The translations under genes and the position numbers were made by a program. A stretch of 64,000 nt of DNA, taken from the NCBI GenBank assembly GCA_965198845.1, contig CBDAQD010000001.1, positions 119,778 to 183,777 on the forward strand, written 5' to 3'. Position 1 is the stretch's first letter; every line of letters begins with the position of its first letter. This stretch comes from Hyphomicrobiales bacterium (GTDB lineage Bacteria; Pseudomonadota; Alphaproteobacteria; Rhizobiales; JAJFHC01). The notes under the pieces are model-generated. The model was not told the origin of the DNA. It did not search any database and saw only the letters and a list, made by a program, of their open reading frames with translations. Below are positions 11,767 to 22,907 of this stretch, in pieces.

Positions 11767-12189
11767 TCAGATTGCTGCATCTCCGTTCTGTTCGGCGAGG
11801 ATCTTGAGGAGTTCGACGATCTTGCGACGTACCGTCGGATCTCGGATTTCCGCAAATGCCTTATTAAGCTGCAGGCCTTCCGTGCTGTTCAGGAAGTCGA
11901 TCACACCGGGCTGGTCGTAGCCGTTGGTGCCGCCTTCGCCGACAAGTGCAGGATCGTCCGCAGGCATATCCTCAAAGAAGAACTGAACAGGCACATCAAG
12001 GATCTGGCCAATCTGAAACAGACGGCTGGCACTGATCCTGTTGCTGCCCTTTTCGTATTTCTGGACCTGTTGGAATGTCAGGCCAAGTTGTTCGCCCAGC
12101 TTTTCCTGGCTCATGCCAAGGAGAACCCGACGCAAACGTACGCGAGAACCAACGTGGACATCCACGGGATTTGGATGTTTCTCAACCAT
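11767..12189 (-). CDS. XRE-family helix-turn-helix transcriptional regulator
   Basis: 140 aa with an HTH_3-like motif (LGMSQEKLGEQLGLTFQQVQKYEKG). It is the conserved neighbour between lnt and metK in alphaproteobacteria. Confidence 0.85.
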   Translation of the reverse strand: MVEKHPNPVDVHVGSRVRLRRVLLGMSQEKLGEQLGLTFQQVQKYEKGSNRISASRLFQIGQILDVPVQFFFEDMPADDPALVGEGGTNGYDQPGVIDFLNSTEGLQLNKAFAEIRDPTVRRKIVELLKILAEQNGDAAI

Positions 12190-12322
12190 TTCTGTGAGCC
12201 CCTCCGAACGAACACCCCCGGTCCGTCACCGATCCGTTAGCCAGACGGAAATAATTAGGCTCTAGGCACGCTGCAATTGTCTAGTCGTCAGATGACCCGT
12301 GGTCAACCGAATTCCGTAGTTT

Positions 12323-13972
12323 TTACAAGTGCTTTGCGTCAATTGAACCTTCCCTGGTCTCACGTGAAGCACCCATTCTGAGGATCATAACAATAAAAAA
12401 TCCGATCAATACGAGAATCAGTACCGGCATATCGCGGTAACGGGCGTACAGGGTCGGGGGAAGCGCGGCCGGCAGTCTCGAATCGATGACGCCGGCGACC
12501 CCGATCCCGCGCTGGCGGACAATCCGGCCGAAAGGATCGACAATTGCCGAAATGCCGGTATTCGCGGCACGAACAAGCGGAAGCCCTTCTTCCACCGCAC
12601 GCAGGCGGGCCTGCTGGAAGTGCTGATGCGGGCCGATGCTGGTTCCGAACCAGGCGTCATTCGTGACATTCAGCAGCCAGCCGGGGCGTTTGGAAGATTC
12701 CACGACGGCACCCGGAAAAATCGCCTCGTAGCAGATCAGCGGACTAAAATCGGGCGCCGGCCCGGCAGCAAGGGTTTTCGGGCCGGGGCCTGCTTCGAAT
12801 CCCAGCGGAACAGCCACCAGCTTGCGTATTCCCAGTGGCCGCAGGACGGAATCAAGCGGCAAATATTCACCGAACGGAACGAGGTGGGTTTTGTCGTAGG
12901 TCGATTCGATCGCGCCATCGGAATTCACGACCAGTACGCTGTTGAAGACTTTTGCACCGCTTGAGATCTTGCCGTCGCCCGGCTTGCGCAAACCGCCCGT
13001 GATCAGGCGCGTGCCGTCCGGCAACAGAGCGGCAATAGCGGCCAGCGCTTCCGGCCGCCTGGCGAGCAGAAACGGCAGTGCGCTTTCGGGCCACACGAGA
13101 TGCGTGACATCGGCAATGCCCATGGTCTCGGGCGACGTCGCCTGGTTGGACATTTCGAGATAGCGCGCGAAGATCCGGTTCCGGTTCGCCGGAACCCATT
13201 TATCCTTTTGCGGAATGTTCGGTTGGACGACACGGACCCGCACATTGTCCACGAATGCGGCCGGCGCGTCGGTTAGCCGCAGGTAACCGAATGACACGAG
13301 GCCGGCAGCCAGGATGACCATGGAACACGGTCCGGCCAGGCGCTTCACCATGGCCGTCCGCCCCGCGGCGTATTCGTCAGCGAGCGTTGCCGGCGCCCCG
13401 ACAATCAGGATGACAATGAAGCCGAGTCCGTAAACTCCCCAGACCGATGCGGTCTGTGCCAGCAGGTCGGTTCCCGAAAAGGCGTAGCCGATCGAGTTCC
13501 AGGGAAAACCGGTAAGCACGTGTCCCCGGATCCACTCCAGGGCCGTCCAGCTCGAAGCGAGAGCGATGACGCGCGTGTAGCCGGTTGACCAGAAGACCGC
13601 CGCCAGAGCGCAAGCCGCCGCCGTAAACAGGCCCAGACCGGCGGGAAGAAGCACGAGTACGAACGGCACCATCCAGGCGAAGATCCGCGCCTCGACATAA
13701 AAGGCCTCGCCGACCCAGTAGAGGCCCGCCAGGAAATAGCCGAAGCCGAAACACCAGCCAATTACCGCACCGGAGAAAAAGGTCGAGACTGCGCGGCCGC
13801 GCTCGCTTGCCGCGCCGTCAAGCAGCCAGATCAGGATTGGAACAGTAAGAAAAAGGAGGGGAAACAGGTTCAGCGGCGCCATGGCCTGTGCGGATGCTGC
13901 ACCGGTCAGCACCGCCACAAGAGCGCGCCTCCAGCCCCACAAGACAACGATTCTCAGCGCAATCGCGCGCAT
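12323..13972 (-). CDS. lnt: Apolipoprotein N-acyltransferase
   Basis: 549 aa polytopic N-terminus plus a CN-hydrolase domain (CYEAIFPG, nitrilase-like). Confidence 0.93.
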   Translation of the reverse strand: MRAIALRIVVLWGWRRALVAVLTGAASAQAMAPLNLFPLLFLTVPILIWLLDGAASERGRAVSTFFSGAVIGWCFGFGYFLAGLYWVGEAFYVEARIFAWMVPFVLVLLPAGLGLFTAAACALAAVFWSTGYTRVIALASSWTALEWIRGHVLTGFPWNSIGYAFSGTDLLAQTASVWGVYGLGFIVILIVGAPATLADEYAAGRTAMVKRLAGPCSMVILAAGLVSFGYLRLTDAPAAFVDNVRVRVVQPNIPQKDKWVPANRNRIFARYLEMSNQATSPETMGIADVTHLVWPESALPFLLARRPEALAAIAALLPDGTRLITGGLRKPGDGKISSGAKVFNSVLVVNSDGAIESTYDKTHLVPFGEYLPLDSVLRPLGIRKLVAVPLGFEAGPGPKTLAAGPAPDFSPLICYEAIFPGAVVESSKRPGWLLNVTNDAWFGTSIGPHQHFQQARLRAVEEGLPLVRAANTGISAIVDPFGRIVRQRGIGVAGVIDSRLPAALPPTLYARYRDMPVLILVLIGFFIVMILRMGASRETREGSIDAKHL

Positions 13973-14047
13973 TAGACCTGCCGCATTTGTCCATGCCCGA
14001 TTCGCCGCGCCCCGGATAAACGGCGAATCGCCACCTAAACGGATAAC

Positions 14048-15202
14048 CTATTGAGGCGACGTTGTCTCGTGCGAGGTTTGCGGCTCGGCCGCATCCTGTG
14101 CGGTTTGCTCGGCGATCTTCTTGTCCGGTTCCTTCTCCGAATCTTTGTCCGGCTCTCTGTCCGGTTCCTTGTCCGGGCGATCGCGGCCGGCCTGGGGACG
14201 GCCGGGCCGGCGCGGCGACAGGTGAATGCGAAGCTTGCGCAACCGGCGCGGGTCGCCCTGGAGGACCTCGAACTCGATGCCGGACTCGTGACGAATCAAT
14301 TCGCCACGCACGGGAACGCGTCCGACCATGTCGAAGACCAGTCCGCCGAGCGTGTCGAAATCTTCGTCATCATCTTCGGATCCGAGTTCGAAGCCCAGGA
14401 TCTCTTCAAGTTCTTCGATCGGCATTCGCGCATCCGCATCGTAGCCGCCTTCGACATCGGCAATCATCGGCGCGTCATCAGCGTCGTGCTCGTCCTCGAT
14501 CTCACCGACAATTTCCTCGACCAGGTCCTCAATAGAGGCAAGCCCGTCGGTTCCGCCATACTCGTCGACGACGACCGCCATGTGGATTCGCGTCGACTGC
14601 ATTTTGGCGAGCAGATCGATTGCAGGCATGGACGGCGGAACGAACAGGACGTCGCGCCTGATCCTGGTATCTGACAGCGGCGTCGAAAGATCGGCTTTCG
14701 ACAGGTCGGGCACCGTCGTTGGCGGCTTGGCCGGCTGCTGCGGCGGCTTGGCCGTCTTCTTCGCGCGAGTCTTGCGCATGCCCTTAGCCGCGATCCAGCC
14801 CATGACATCCTTGATGTGGACCATGCCGATAGGATCGTCGAGCGTGTCTCGATAAACCGGAAGGCGCGAATGCCCGGCGGTGCGAAAGACGTCGATCAGA
14901 TCGCCGATCGACGCGACGTGTTCGACGGCCACGATATCGGCGCGCGGGACCATCACGTCCTCCACCCGGAGCTCGCCGAAAGCGAGGATATTCTGCAGCA
15001 TCGAACGCTCTTCGGCGGAAAGGCTGTCACCCTCCACTTCGTGCTGCTCGATCACGTCCTCCAGGCTTTCGCGAAGCGTGGTGTCGCCGTTGCCGCCAAG
15101 CGCACTTCTGATGCGCTGCCAGAAACGCGTCAGCACACTGCCCTGTGGTCGTTCGGAATTCTGAGTCGGATTAGACGGTTTGCTCTGTGTGACTTCTGTC
15201 AT
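14048..15202 (-). CDS. corC: CBS-domain/CorC-HlyC family transporter-associated protein
   Basis: 384 aa with a CBS pair plus a CorC_HlyC C-terminal domain, upstream of ybeY-phoH-miaB. It has an unusual low-complexity Asp/Lys/Glu/Pro-rich C-terminal tail. Confidence 0.88.
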   Translation of the reverse strand: MTEVTQSKPSNPTQNSERPQGSVLTRFWQRIRSALGGNGDTTLRESLEDVIEQHEVEGDSLSAEERSMLQNILAFGELRVEDVMVPRADIVAVEHVASIGDLIDVFRTAGHSRLPVYRDTLDDPIGMVHIKDVMGWIAAKGMRKTRAKKTAKPPQQPAKPPTTVPDLSKADLSTPLSDTRIRRDVLFVPPSMPAIDLLAKMQSTRIHMAVVVDEYGGTDGLASIEDLVEEIVGEIEDEHDADDAPMIADVEGGYDADARMPIEELEEILGFELGSEDDDEDFDTLGGLVFDMVGRVPVRGELIRHESGIEFEVLQGDPRRLRKLRIHLSPRRPGRPQAGRDRPDKEPDREPDKDSEKEPDKKIAEQTAQDAAEPQTSHETTSPQ

Positions 15203-15717
15203 CGGCGTGCGCCGGTCTCGCCGGCAGCCTCATGGTTAATCGTTTCTTTCCGGTCCAGGTACGGGTCGGCAATATCAAGGCGCGCAAGTGCGCGAATTTC
15301 AACCGCCTCCATGGCTTCCGCTTCCTCGGACGACTCATGATCATATCCCAAAAGATGAAGAAATCCGTGAACAACCAGATGACTGATGTGGTGTTCGACC
15401 GGTTTCCCCTGCGTTTCAGCCTCTCCGGACACTGTTTCGAAGGCCAGAATCACGTCGCCCAGAAGGCGGGGCAATGCGGGATCCGTTGATTCACCGCCCG
15501 GAAATGACAAGACGTTCGTCGCCCTGTCCTTGCCACGGTAGTCCCGGTTCAGGGTTCTGATCGCGTCATCCGATACCAGAGCCACGCTCAGTTCCGCGTT
15601 CCCGTGTTCCTGTTCCGGCAACTCGGCCAGTGCCGCATCCACGGCGGTTTCGACGAGTGTTTCAAGATTTTCGACGGCGGACCACTGTTCGCCGTCCACT
15701 GAGATATCGATGTTCAT
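15199..15717 (-). CDS. ybeY: rRNA maturation endoribonuclease YbeY
   Basis: 172 aa with the H-x-x-x-H-G-x-L-H-L-x-G-x-D-H zinc motif (HLVVHGFLHLLGYDHE). Confidence 0.95.
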   Translation of the reverse strand: MNIDISVDGEQWSAVENLETLVETAVDAALAELPEQEHGNAELSVALVSDDAIRTLNRDYRGKDRATNVLSFPGGESTDPALPRLLGDVILAFETVSGEAETQGKPVEHHISHLVVHGFLHLLGYDHESSEEAEAMEAVEIRALARLDIADPYLDRKETINHEAAGETGARR

Positions 15718-15741
15718 GGCTGCAGAGCCGGCTTCACTCTC

Positions 15742-16749
15742 TCACGCCTTGTTGGCCGCATCGTACGCGCGAACAATACGCGCAACGAGGGGATGACGCA
15801 CCACGTCCACATCGGTGAACTGCACGCGACCGATACCCTCGACACCCTTGAGCACGGCGTCCGCCTCCTTCAGACCGGACATCTGCCCGGGCGGCAGATC
15901 GACCTGAGAGGGATCACCGGTCACCACCATCCGGCTGTTCTCGCCGAGGCGCGTCAGGAACATCTTCATCTGCATCGTCGTGCAGTTCTGGGCCTCATCG
16001 AGAATGACATAGGAATGGGCCAGCGTACGTCCCCTCATGAACGCCAGCGGTGCGATCTCGATCGTGCCGTCCTCAAGGCCACGGCTTACCTGGCTTCCGG
16101 GCAGAACGTCATAGAGTGCGTCGTAAAGCGGCCGAAGATAGGGATCGACCTTCTCTTTCATGTCACCCGGCAGGAAGCCGAGGCGTTCACCGGCCTCAAC
16201 GGCCGGGCGGGACAGGATGATGCGGTCAACCTCACCAGCCACAAGGGCGGTCGCTGCAACCGCCACCGCAAGATAGGTCTTGCCGGTGCCGGCCGGACCG
16301 ATGCCGAAGGTCAGCTCGTGCGACTGCAGCGCCTGGATATAGGCCTTCTGTGCCGGCGAACGCGGCGAGATCACTCTCCGGCGTGTGCGGATCGTCACGT
16401 CTCCACCGGCATCATTGTCGCCGCCGCGATAGACCAGCGTGTTCATGCGAATGGCGCCGTCGACCTCACCCGGCCCGATCTCGAGGCCCTGCTTGAGGCG
16501 TTCGTACAATTCGTCGAGGACCCGTTGCGCGTTCCGGCAGGCATCAGGGCTGCCGGTGAGCGCCAGATGGTTCCCGCGCGGTGTCGCTTCAACACCGAGG
16601 CGATCCTCGATGAGGGCGAGATGCTGATCGTGCTGGCCGAAAAGCTGGGGCAACAGCCGATTGTCGTCAAAAGCGACCATGACGGTTTCTACGCCTGACG
16701 ATCCGCCGTCGAATGCCCGGGGCTGTTCCGGAAGGGAATCCGAACTCAA
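15742..16749 (-). CDS. phoH: PhoH-like ATPase
   Basis: 335 aa with Walker A ([11 protein letters not shown]) and the PhoH family pattern. Its start overlaps the miaB stop. Confidence 0.93.
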   Translation of the reverse strand: MSSDSLPEQPRAFDGGSSGVETVMVAFDDNRLLPQLFGQHDQHLALIEDRLGVEATPRGNHLALTGSPDACRNAQRVLDELYERLKQGLEIGPGEVDGAIRMNTLVYRGGDNDAGGDVTIRTRRRVISPRSPAQKAYIQALQSHELTFGIGPAGTGKTYLAVAVAATALVAGEVDRIILSRPAVEAGERLGFLPGDMKEKVDPYLRPLYDALYDVLPGSQVSRGLEDGTIEIAPLAFMRGRTLAHSYVILDEAQNCTTMQMKMFLTRLGENSRMVVTGDPSQVDLPPGQMSGLKEADAVLKGVEGIGRVQFTDVDVVRHPLVARIVRAYDAANKA

Positions 16750-18152
16750 GATGCATGCTCCATCGGCTCGCCCGCAATTGACGCCTGACGGTCCTCGGAT
16801 CCGGACGCGCGGGCAGAGAGGCTGTTGGCGCCGACATCCTCGACCACCACATCGACCATGTCGCCGATCGAATGGCTTTCCGCGTCGAGATGCACCGCCT
16901 GGAGATAGGGCGAACGGCCGACCAACTGACCGTCCTTGCGGCCTGGTTTCTCAAGCAGGACCGTCATATGCCGTCCGCGGCAATTCTCGTTGAACGCTCT
17001 CTGCTGTTCATTCAGCACGTCCTGAAGCACAGCCAGCCGGTCCGACTTGACGTCTTCGGGCACCTGACCCGCCATGGTCGCCGCAGGCGTTCCGGGACGG
17101 ACGCTGTACTTGAACGAATAGGCCTGAGCGTAACCGACTTCCCGCACGAGCGACATGGTCGCTTCGAAATCGGCATCGGATTCTCCCGGGAATCCGACGA
17201 TGAAATCCGAAGATAGCGCAATGTCCGGACGGGCATCGCGAATCCGGGCCACAAGGTCGACATAGGAGTCGGCGGTATGTCCACGGTTCATGCTTGCCAG
17301 AATACGGTCCGACCCCGACTGCACGGGCAGATGCAGATAGGGCATCACCTGGGGTATGTCGCGGTGCGCGGCGATCAGCGTATCGTCCATGTCGCGCGGG
17401 TGGCTGGTGGTGTAACGCAAGCGCTCCAGTCCGTCGATCAGGCTGAGATGTTCCAGCAGGTTGCCGAGCGACCAGTCGCGGCCGTCCGGCCCCTCGCCAT
17501 GATAGGCATTGACGTTCTGACCCAGCAAGGTGATTTCGCGAACACCGGCATCGACAAGGTTGCGAACTTCCTCGGCAATCCTGGCGACAGGCCGCGAGAA
17601 TTCCGATCCGCGGGTATAGGGAACCACACAGAACGTGCAGAACTTGTCGCATCCTTCCTGAATGGTGACGAATGCGGTCACGCCGCGGGCCATGGTCTGG
17701 GCTCTTGTCGGCGCCGCGAGATGGTCGAACTTGTCCTCGACGGGAAAGTCCGTATCCAGGACCCCGCCAGTTCCGCGTGTCGCCCGGGCGACCAGCTCGG
17801 GAAGACGGTGGTAGGACTGCGGCCCGAACACCATGTCGACGACCGGAGCACGGCGCATGATCTCTGCGCCCTCGGCCTGGGCAACGCATCCGGCGACGCC
17901 GACGATCATCTCACCACCCCCGGCAACCCGCTCCTGCTTGAGCTGGCGAATTCGGCCGAGCTCCGAATAGACCTTTTCCGCCGCCTTTTCACGGATATGG
18001 CAGGTGTTCAGGATCACCATGTCGGCGCCTTCCGGCGACGACGCAGGCGCATAGCCGAGCGGAGCCAGGATGTCTGTCATACGTTGTGAGTCGTAGACGT
18101 TCATCTGGCAGCCGTAGGTCTTTACGAACAGCTTTTTGGGCGATTTGCTCAT
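16746..18152 (-). CDS. miaB: tRNA-2-methylthio-N6-dimethylallyladenosine synthase
   Basis: 468 aa with the UPF0004 N-terminus ([12 protein letters not shown]), a radical SAM CxxxCxxC and a TRAM domain. Confidence 0.96.
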   Translation of the reverse strand: MSKSPKKLFVKTYGCQMNVYDSQRMTDILAPLGYAPASSPEGADMVILNTCHIREKAAEKVYSELGRIRQLKQERVAGGGEMIVGVAGCVAQAEGAEIMRRAPVVDMVFGPQSYHRLPELVARATRGTGGVLDTDFPVEDKFDHLAAPTRAQTMARGVTAFVTIQEGCDKFCTFCVVPYTRGSEFSRPVARIAEEVRNLVDAGVREITLLGQNVNAYHGEGPDGRDWSLGNLLEHLSLIDGLERLRYTTSHPRDMDDTLIAAHRDIPQVMPYLHLPVQSGSDRILASMNRGHTADSYVDLVARIRDARPDIALSSDFIVGFPGESDADFEATMSLVREVGYAQAYSFKYSVRPGTPAATMAGQVPEDVKSDRLAVLQDVLNEQQRAFNENCRGRHMTVLLEKPGRKDGQLVGRSPYLQAVHLDAESHSIGDMVDVVVEDVGANSLSARASGSEDRQASIAGEPMEHAS

Positions 18153-18256
18153 GCGTTACCCGCTATAACCAGCCAAAGGCTCGATTGGGCCGCTTTCCTA
18201 AACCTTTTTGCGCCGGAGGCAAAGCCATTTGCCGCAGCGTCACCGGTGTCTTCATG

Positions 18257-19126
18257 TCAACCGGCGTTGACCGGGCGCCCCAGAAGCGCGGAAACATGGC
18301 CGTTCGCCACCTCCCGCTCACAATGTCGTGCGAGTTCCTTGCGGCTGGCAAACTGGTCCATCGTGACGGGTTCGTGGAAATGGGCAACCACGTCGATCGG
18401 CCCCATGCAGAGCGCACTCCAGAGGTGCGACAGCAATTCCATATCCCCGTACCAGGCGAAAAACGGCCGATGCAGGCGTCCGAGCGGCACCGAATGCAGC
18501 CGGGTGTAGACGATCGAGACCGGCTGCACGCGTACCTTGGTCTGCTCGCCACGCGCCGACGCGATCTCGCAGTCCGCCGCGCCCAGGAGCGCGCTCTTGA
18601 ACGGCAGGACCCGGTTGCCGTCGCTGCTGGTGCCTTCCGCGAAAAGCACCAGGTGATGTCCGCGCGATAACCGGTCCTGCATGGCATCACGGAACGCCGC
18701 GGTCGCCGATCGCTTTTCGCGGTTGACGAACATCGTGCGCTGCAAGCGCGCCAGAGTACCGAAGATGCCCCATTCGTTGACTTCGCGTTTGGCGACAAAG
18801 GAAACCGGCGTGCAGGCACTGAGGATAGGGATATCAAGCCACGAGCTGTGGTTCGCCGCGATCAGGCAACCGCCCTTTCGGATCGGTTCTCCGCGAATTT
18901 CGATCCTGGCGCCGAGCAACCGGCAAACCATACGGTGGTAGTAGTAGGGAAGCAGTTCAGCCCCGCGGTTCCAGACCCGGCGGAACAGGACCTGCATGGG
19001 CATCAGCGGCACAGTGATCACCACCATGCCGGCGACAATATAGAAACCGCGCAACGTGCCGACGAGGTCGGTCTCGCGTTGTGCGGCCCTGCGGCCTTCC
19101 GCAGCTGCTGCCTTAATCCTTGTCAT
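18257..19126 (-). CDS. PlsC-family lysophospholipid acyltransferase (possible lyso-ornithine lipid O-acyltransferase OlsA)
   Basis: 289 aa with the HX4D acyltransferase motif (NHSSWLD). Its position between miaB and fur matches, as I recall, the olsA locus of Sinorhizobium. The OlsA assignment is inference only. Confidence 0.8.
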   Translation of the reverse strand: MTRIKAAAAEGRRAAQRETDLVGTLRGFYIVAGMVVITVPLMPMQVLFRRVWNRGAELLPYYYHRMVCRLLGARIEIRGEPIRKGGCLIAANHSSWLDIPILSACTPVSFVAKREVNEWGIFGTLARLQRTMFVNREKRSATAAFRDAMQDRLSRGHHLVLFAEGTSSDGNRVLPFKSALLGAADCEIASARGEQTKVRVQPVSIVYTRLHSVPLGRLHRPFFAWYGDMELLSHLWSALCMGPIDVVAHFHEPVTMDQFASRKELARHCEREVANGHVSALLGRPVNAG

Positions 19127-19532
19127 CCGTCAGCGGTACGCCATAAAGCTCGAGACGGTGATCGACCAGTTTGAAACCCAGTTCCCTGGCAATCAGCTCC
19201 TGCAACCGTTCAATGTCCTCGTTGCGGAACTCGATCACATTGCCCGTCTGCAGATCGATCAGATGATCATGATGTTCGTCGGTGACCTGCTCGTAACGGG
19301 AACGGCCGTCCCGAAACTCGTGGCGTTCGAGAATGCCCGCATCCTCGAAGAGACGGACCGTCCGGTAGACGGTGGCAATGGATATGCGGTCGTCGATCTT
19401 GGACGCCCGCCGGTAGAGCTCCTCGACATCGGGATGGTCATCCGCATTGGACAGCACTTCCGCAATGACGCGGCGCTGCTCGGTCATGCGCATGCCCTTT
19501 TCAATGCACAGCTGTTCAAGATGACTTACCAC
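19113..19532 (-). CDS. fur: Fur-family metal-responsive transcriptional regulator
   Basis: 139 aa with a Fur family DNA-binding helix and an HHDH metal site (EHHDHLIDLQTG). It could be Fur, Mur or Irr-like. Confidence 0.88.
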   Translation of the reverse strand: MVSHLEQLCIEKGMRMTEQRRVIAEVLSNADDHPDVEELYRRASKIDDRISIATVYRTVRLFEDAGILERHEFRDGRSRYEQVTDEHHDHLIDLQTGNVIEFRNEDIERLQELIARELGFKLVDHRLELYGVPLTDDKD

Positions 19533-19617
19533 GGAATGCCTTCAGCTCTCTGATCTTGCCGGACGCCGCCTCGTTATATTTGCCGGTAACAGGTCATGCA
19601 ATTGGCAATTCGCAGTG

Positions 19618-20157
19618 TCAGGGAAGTTCCGCACGCAGGATAAGCGCATCATCGGACTGCCCGCCCGAGCCGTAATAGCCCGGCCGCCGGCCGACCTCGA
19701 CAAAGCCTCTCGACCGGTAGAGTTCGTGCGCCGCATCGTTGGTCGACGCCACCTCCAGGAACACCGAAGCCACGGCGTTTTTCAGGCGCAACATCATTTC
19801 ATCGACGAGTGCGGTCGCGACGCCTGATCGCCGCATGCCGGGGCGCACGGCCAGAGTCAGAATTTCGGCTTCTCCTGCAGCCTGCCGGAACAGGATCATG
19901 CCCGACGGTTCGGAATCGGAACCGACCGCGACAAGCGCCGCCGTTCCCGGCATTGCGAGCAGTTCGGCAAAGTCGCCGGCAGACCAGGGCCTGGCAAAGG
20001 AGGTTTCGTGTATTCCGGCGAGCAGATCTGCAGCGGCGGCGCCCGCGTCCTCGAACGTCAGAGGTTCCGGACTCAAGACTGCCGCTCCACACTCATCCGC
20101 GCCGGGAGCTTGGCGTCCGGTGCACGCAGATAGAGCGGCTCGGGCGGCGTGTCGCAC
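19618..20157 (-). CDS. rimI: GNAT-family N-acetyltransferase, probable ribosomal-protein-alanine acetyltransferase
   Basis: Acetyl-CoA binding motif (RRSGVATALV) downstream of tsaB. The annotated start overlaps tsaB by 85 nt. The true start is probably the TTG at 20076, which overlaps the tsaB TGA. Confidence 0.8.
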   Translation of the reverse strand: MRHAARAALSACTGRQAPGADECGAAVLSPEPLTFEDAGAAAADLLAGIHETSFARPWSAGDFAELLAMPGTAALVAVGSDSEPSGMILFRQAAGEAEILTLAVRPGMRRSGVATALVDEMMLRLKNAVASVFLEVASTNDAAHELYRSRGFVEVGRRPGYYGSGGQSDDALILRAELP

Positions 20158-20777
20158 ACAGGCCTCCCGGCCAGCGAGCAGACAAACGCGGCTGCATCGG
20201 GCTGCGTGTTCGTGCTCGCGACCGTTACCTCCTGCCGCGCACCACCCAGCGCGTCCTTAAGGAGATGTGCACCGGTGCCGCAAAGATAGAGATCATCGTC
20301 AGGCACGGCGCCGGCCGCCGCATCAACGGAAAGAACCTGCGGCTGCGTCAATTCCTGAACCGCGTCGGTGAAAATCTGCAGGTATAAATCGCCCCGTCTT
20401 GCATCAGTTACCGCGACGATGCGGCCTGGCATCACGTCATCGAGCTCATTTGCCGCAGTCAGTGCAATCGCTTCCAATGTCGACAGTGTCACGATCGGGA
20501 TTCCTGCCGCGAGAGAGAGCCCGCGGGCTGCCGCAACACCGACGCGGACACCGGTGAAGGTACCGGGCCCAACTGTTACACCAAGACGATCGATGTCCGC
20601 GTAGGTCGCCCCCGCAGTTGAGAGGACCCGTTCGATCATCGGTACGAGCACCTCGGCATGGCCGCGCTGACGGGCTTCAAACTCCTGCGCGAGCACAGTG
20701 CAGCCGTCAGCGTCAGTGAACTCGGCCAGTGCCACGGAACAGGCACCCAAGGCGGTGTCGAAGGCGAGTATCTTCAT
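20073..20777 (-). CDS. tsaB: tRNA threonylcarbamoyladenosine biosynthesis protein TsaB
   Basis: 234 aa inactive Kae1/YeaZ-like protein (MKILAFDTALGACSVAL). Confidence 0.9.
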   Translation of the reverse strand: MKILAFDTALGACSVALAEFTDADGCTVLAQEFEARQRGHAEVLVPMIERVLSTAGATYADIDRLGVTVGPGTFTGVRVGVAAARGLSLAAGIPIVTLSTLEAIALTAANELDDVMPGRIVAVTDARRGDLYLQIFTDAVQELTQPQVLSVDAAAGAVPDDDLYLCGTGAHLLKDALGGARQEVTVASTNTQPDAAAFVCSLAGRPVCDTPPEPLYLRAPDAKLPARMSVERQS

Positions 20778-20804
20778 TGCACGGATCGCGGTCGCGTATT
20801 GATC

Positions 20805-21518
20805 TCAGTCGGAGCCCGCGCTCTGGCTTGCCACAAGATCCGAGGTCTGATTGAACAGGATCTTCCGCTCCTCGTCGCTCGGCGGCGCAGAGCGCCGGAA
20901 TTCCTTGCCCAGATCAACGCCCTTCTGGACGGCCGGACGCTGCTTGATGGCGTTGCGCCAGCGGGCAACATTCGGAAATGCGTCGAGGGATTGTCCAAGC
21001 GGCTTTGCGATCAGAACCCAGGGCCAGGAGATGATATCGGCCACGGAATAGTCGCCCAGAATGAACTCCCGGCCCTCGAGGCGGCGTTCCAGCACGCCCA
21101 GGCATCGGTCATATTCATTGGCATAGCGCTCGCGCGAATAGTCCTGGCCTTCCTGCGGCGCATAGTTGACGAAATGACTGAGCTGGCCCGCCATCGGCCC
21201 CTGATTGCCAACCTGCCAGAACAGCCACTCGAGCGCCTCCTTGCGGCCGACCGGGTCGGACGGGATGAACTTTCCGGTCTTCTCGGCGAGATAAAACAGG
21301 ATCGCGCCGGATTCGAACACGCTGACAGGATCGCCCGCGACGTCGTGATCGACGATCGCCGGCATGCGGTGGTTCGGGCTGATTTCGAGGAATTCCGGCT
21401 TGAACTGATCGCCCTTGCCGATATTGACGGGCACCAGCCTGTACTCGAGGCCGCATTCCTCGAGCATGATCGATGCCTTCCAGCCATTGGGCGTCGGCCA
21501 GTAATAGAGATCGATCAT
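20805..21518 (-). CDS. Glutathione S-transferase (YfcG/Nu-class like)
   Basis: 237 aa with a thioredoxin-like N-terminus (IDLYYWPTPNGWKASIMLEE) and a GST C-terminal domain. Confidence 0.88.
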   Translation of the reverse strand: MIDLYYWPTPNGWKASIMLEECGLEYRLVPVNIGKGDQFKPEFLEISPNHRMPAIVDHDVAGDPVSVFESGAILFYLAEKTGKFIPSDPVGRKEALEWLFWQVGNQGPMAGQLSHFVNYAPQEGQDYSRERYANEYDRCLGVLERRLEGREFILGDYSVADIISWPWVLIAKPLGQSLDAFPNVARWRNAIKQRPAVQKGVDLGKEFRRSAPPSDEERKILFNQTSDLVASQSAGSD

Positions 21519-22723
21519 GCCGCGCCGCTTTCCTCGCCGGGGACGACGACACCGGACGCCACGAGCGTCTCGATCTCATCGCCGCCAAGGCCGAAATCGT
21601 CCAGGATCTCGCGGCTGTGCTCGCCGAGCAACGGCGCGCCGCGACGATGGGTTGCCGGGGTCCCGGAGAACTGCGCAGCCGTGCGGGTCTGGCGCAGGGG
21701 GCCGGCCGTAGGATGATCTGATTCACTGAGAATGCCGTTCGCGACGATCTGCGGATGCCCGATCACCTCGCTGCGGCGCAGGACCGGCGCACAGGGCACG
21801 TCCTCCGATTCGAGACGCTCCAGCCACTCGGCCGATGTCCGCGTACGCAGGACGTCCTGGGTAAGGTTCAGCCGGTCGTCGATATTGTGGCTGCGCAAGG
21901 TCGGCGTCTTGAAACGCTCGTCCTCCAGCCATTCCGGGCGTTCGAGCGCGCGCACCAGCCCCTGCCACTCCTTGTCCGACTGCACGGCAACGCTGATGTA
22001 GCCGTCTTCGGTTTCGTAGATCAGGTCGATGAAACTCTGTGCCTTCTCCTGCGGCGATTCCTGACCGACGAAGGTCTGGCTCGACATGTCCGACGCCCAC
22101 AGGAAGGACAGGACCGTATCCAGCATGGACAGCTTGATGTGCTGCCCCTCGCCGGTCCGCGCCCGGGCCAGAAGCGCCGCACTGATCGCCTGGGCGGCGG
22201 CGAAGCCAGTGAGCTTGTCGGGCAGGATTGTGCGCACCAGACGCGGGCGGACCTGATCGGAACCGCCCTGGATAGTGGTCAGTCCTGAAAGCGCCTGGAT
22301 GAGAGGATCGTAGACCGGCTTCTTCGCGTATGGTCCCTCGAACCCGAACCCGGCGATCGACACATAGACGATGTCCGGGGCGACCTCCCGGATCGCCTCC
22401 TCGCCGATACCCATGCGGTCAACCACACCCGGCCGGAAATTCTGGACGAATACGTCGGCGTCGGCCGCCAGCGTCTTCAGCACCTCGATACCGCGCGGGT
22501 CCTTCAGATTGAGCGCAAGCGAGCGCTTGTTGCGGTTGTTGTTGAGAAAGGATGCGGACATGCCCGCACGCCGGCTCGATACCGCGCGCGTAAAGTCGCC
22601 GCCGTTCGGATTCTCGATCTTGATAACATCCGCCCCCTGGTCGGCGAGGATCATCGTCGACAGCGGCCCGGAAACCATGGCGGTCAGATCGATCACCCTG
22701 ATGCCTTCAAGTGGACCGGACAT
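21515..22723 (-). CDS. CoA-transferase family III protein (CaiB/BaiF-like)
   Basis: 402 aa with the conserved N-terminus IRVIDLTAMVSGPLSTMILADQGADVIKIE. Confidence 0.88.
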   Translation of the reverse strand: MSGPLEGIRVIDLTAMVSGPLSTMILADQGADVIKIENPNGGDFTRAVSSRRAGMSASFLNNNRNKRSLALNLKDPRGIEVLKTLAADADVFVQNFRPGVVDRMGIGEEAIREVAPDIVYVSIAGFGFEGPYAKKPVYDPLIQALSGLTTIQGGSDQVRPRLVRTILPDKLTGFAAAQAISAALLARARTGEGQHIKLSMLDTVLSFLWASDMSSQTFVGQESPQEKAQSFIDLIYETEDGYISVAVQSDKEWQGLVRALERPEWLEDERFKTPTLRSHNIDDRLNLTQDVLRTRTSAEWLERLESEDVPCAPVLRRSEVIGHPQIVANGILSESDHPTAGPLRQTRTAAQFSGTPATHRRGAPLLGEHSREILDDFGLGGDEIETLVASGVVVPGEESGAA

Positions 22724-22907
22724 GCTTCATCTTCTCCTTGTCAATGCCAACGCCATATGCGCGGAGCGATTCTGGCCAGATGTCACGTTCGGTCAATCTA
22801 GCCCGTGATTGGAAATTCGCCAGGAGTGTAGCGGTACAGCACAGAAAATTGAAACGGCCACCTCCGTGGAGATGGCCGCATGAAATATCGCGTGTCCGCT
22901 TTGCCGG

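Noticed and set aside
20658-21716. 352-aa plus-strand ORF
   Set aside because: Antisense spanning tsaB and the GST gene.
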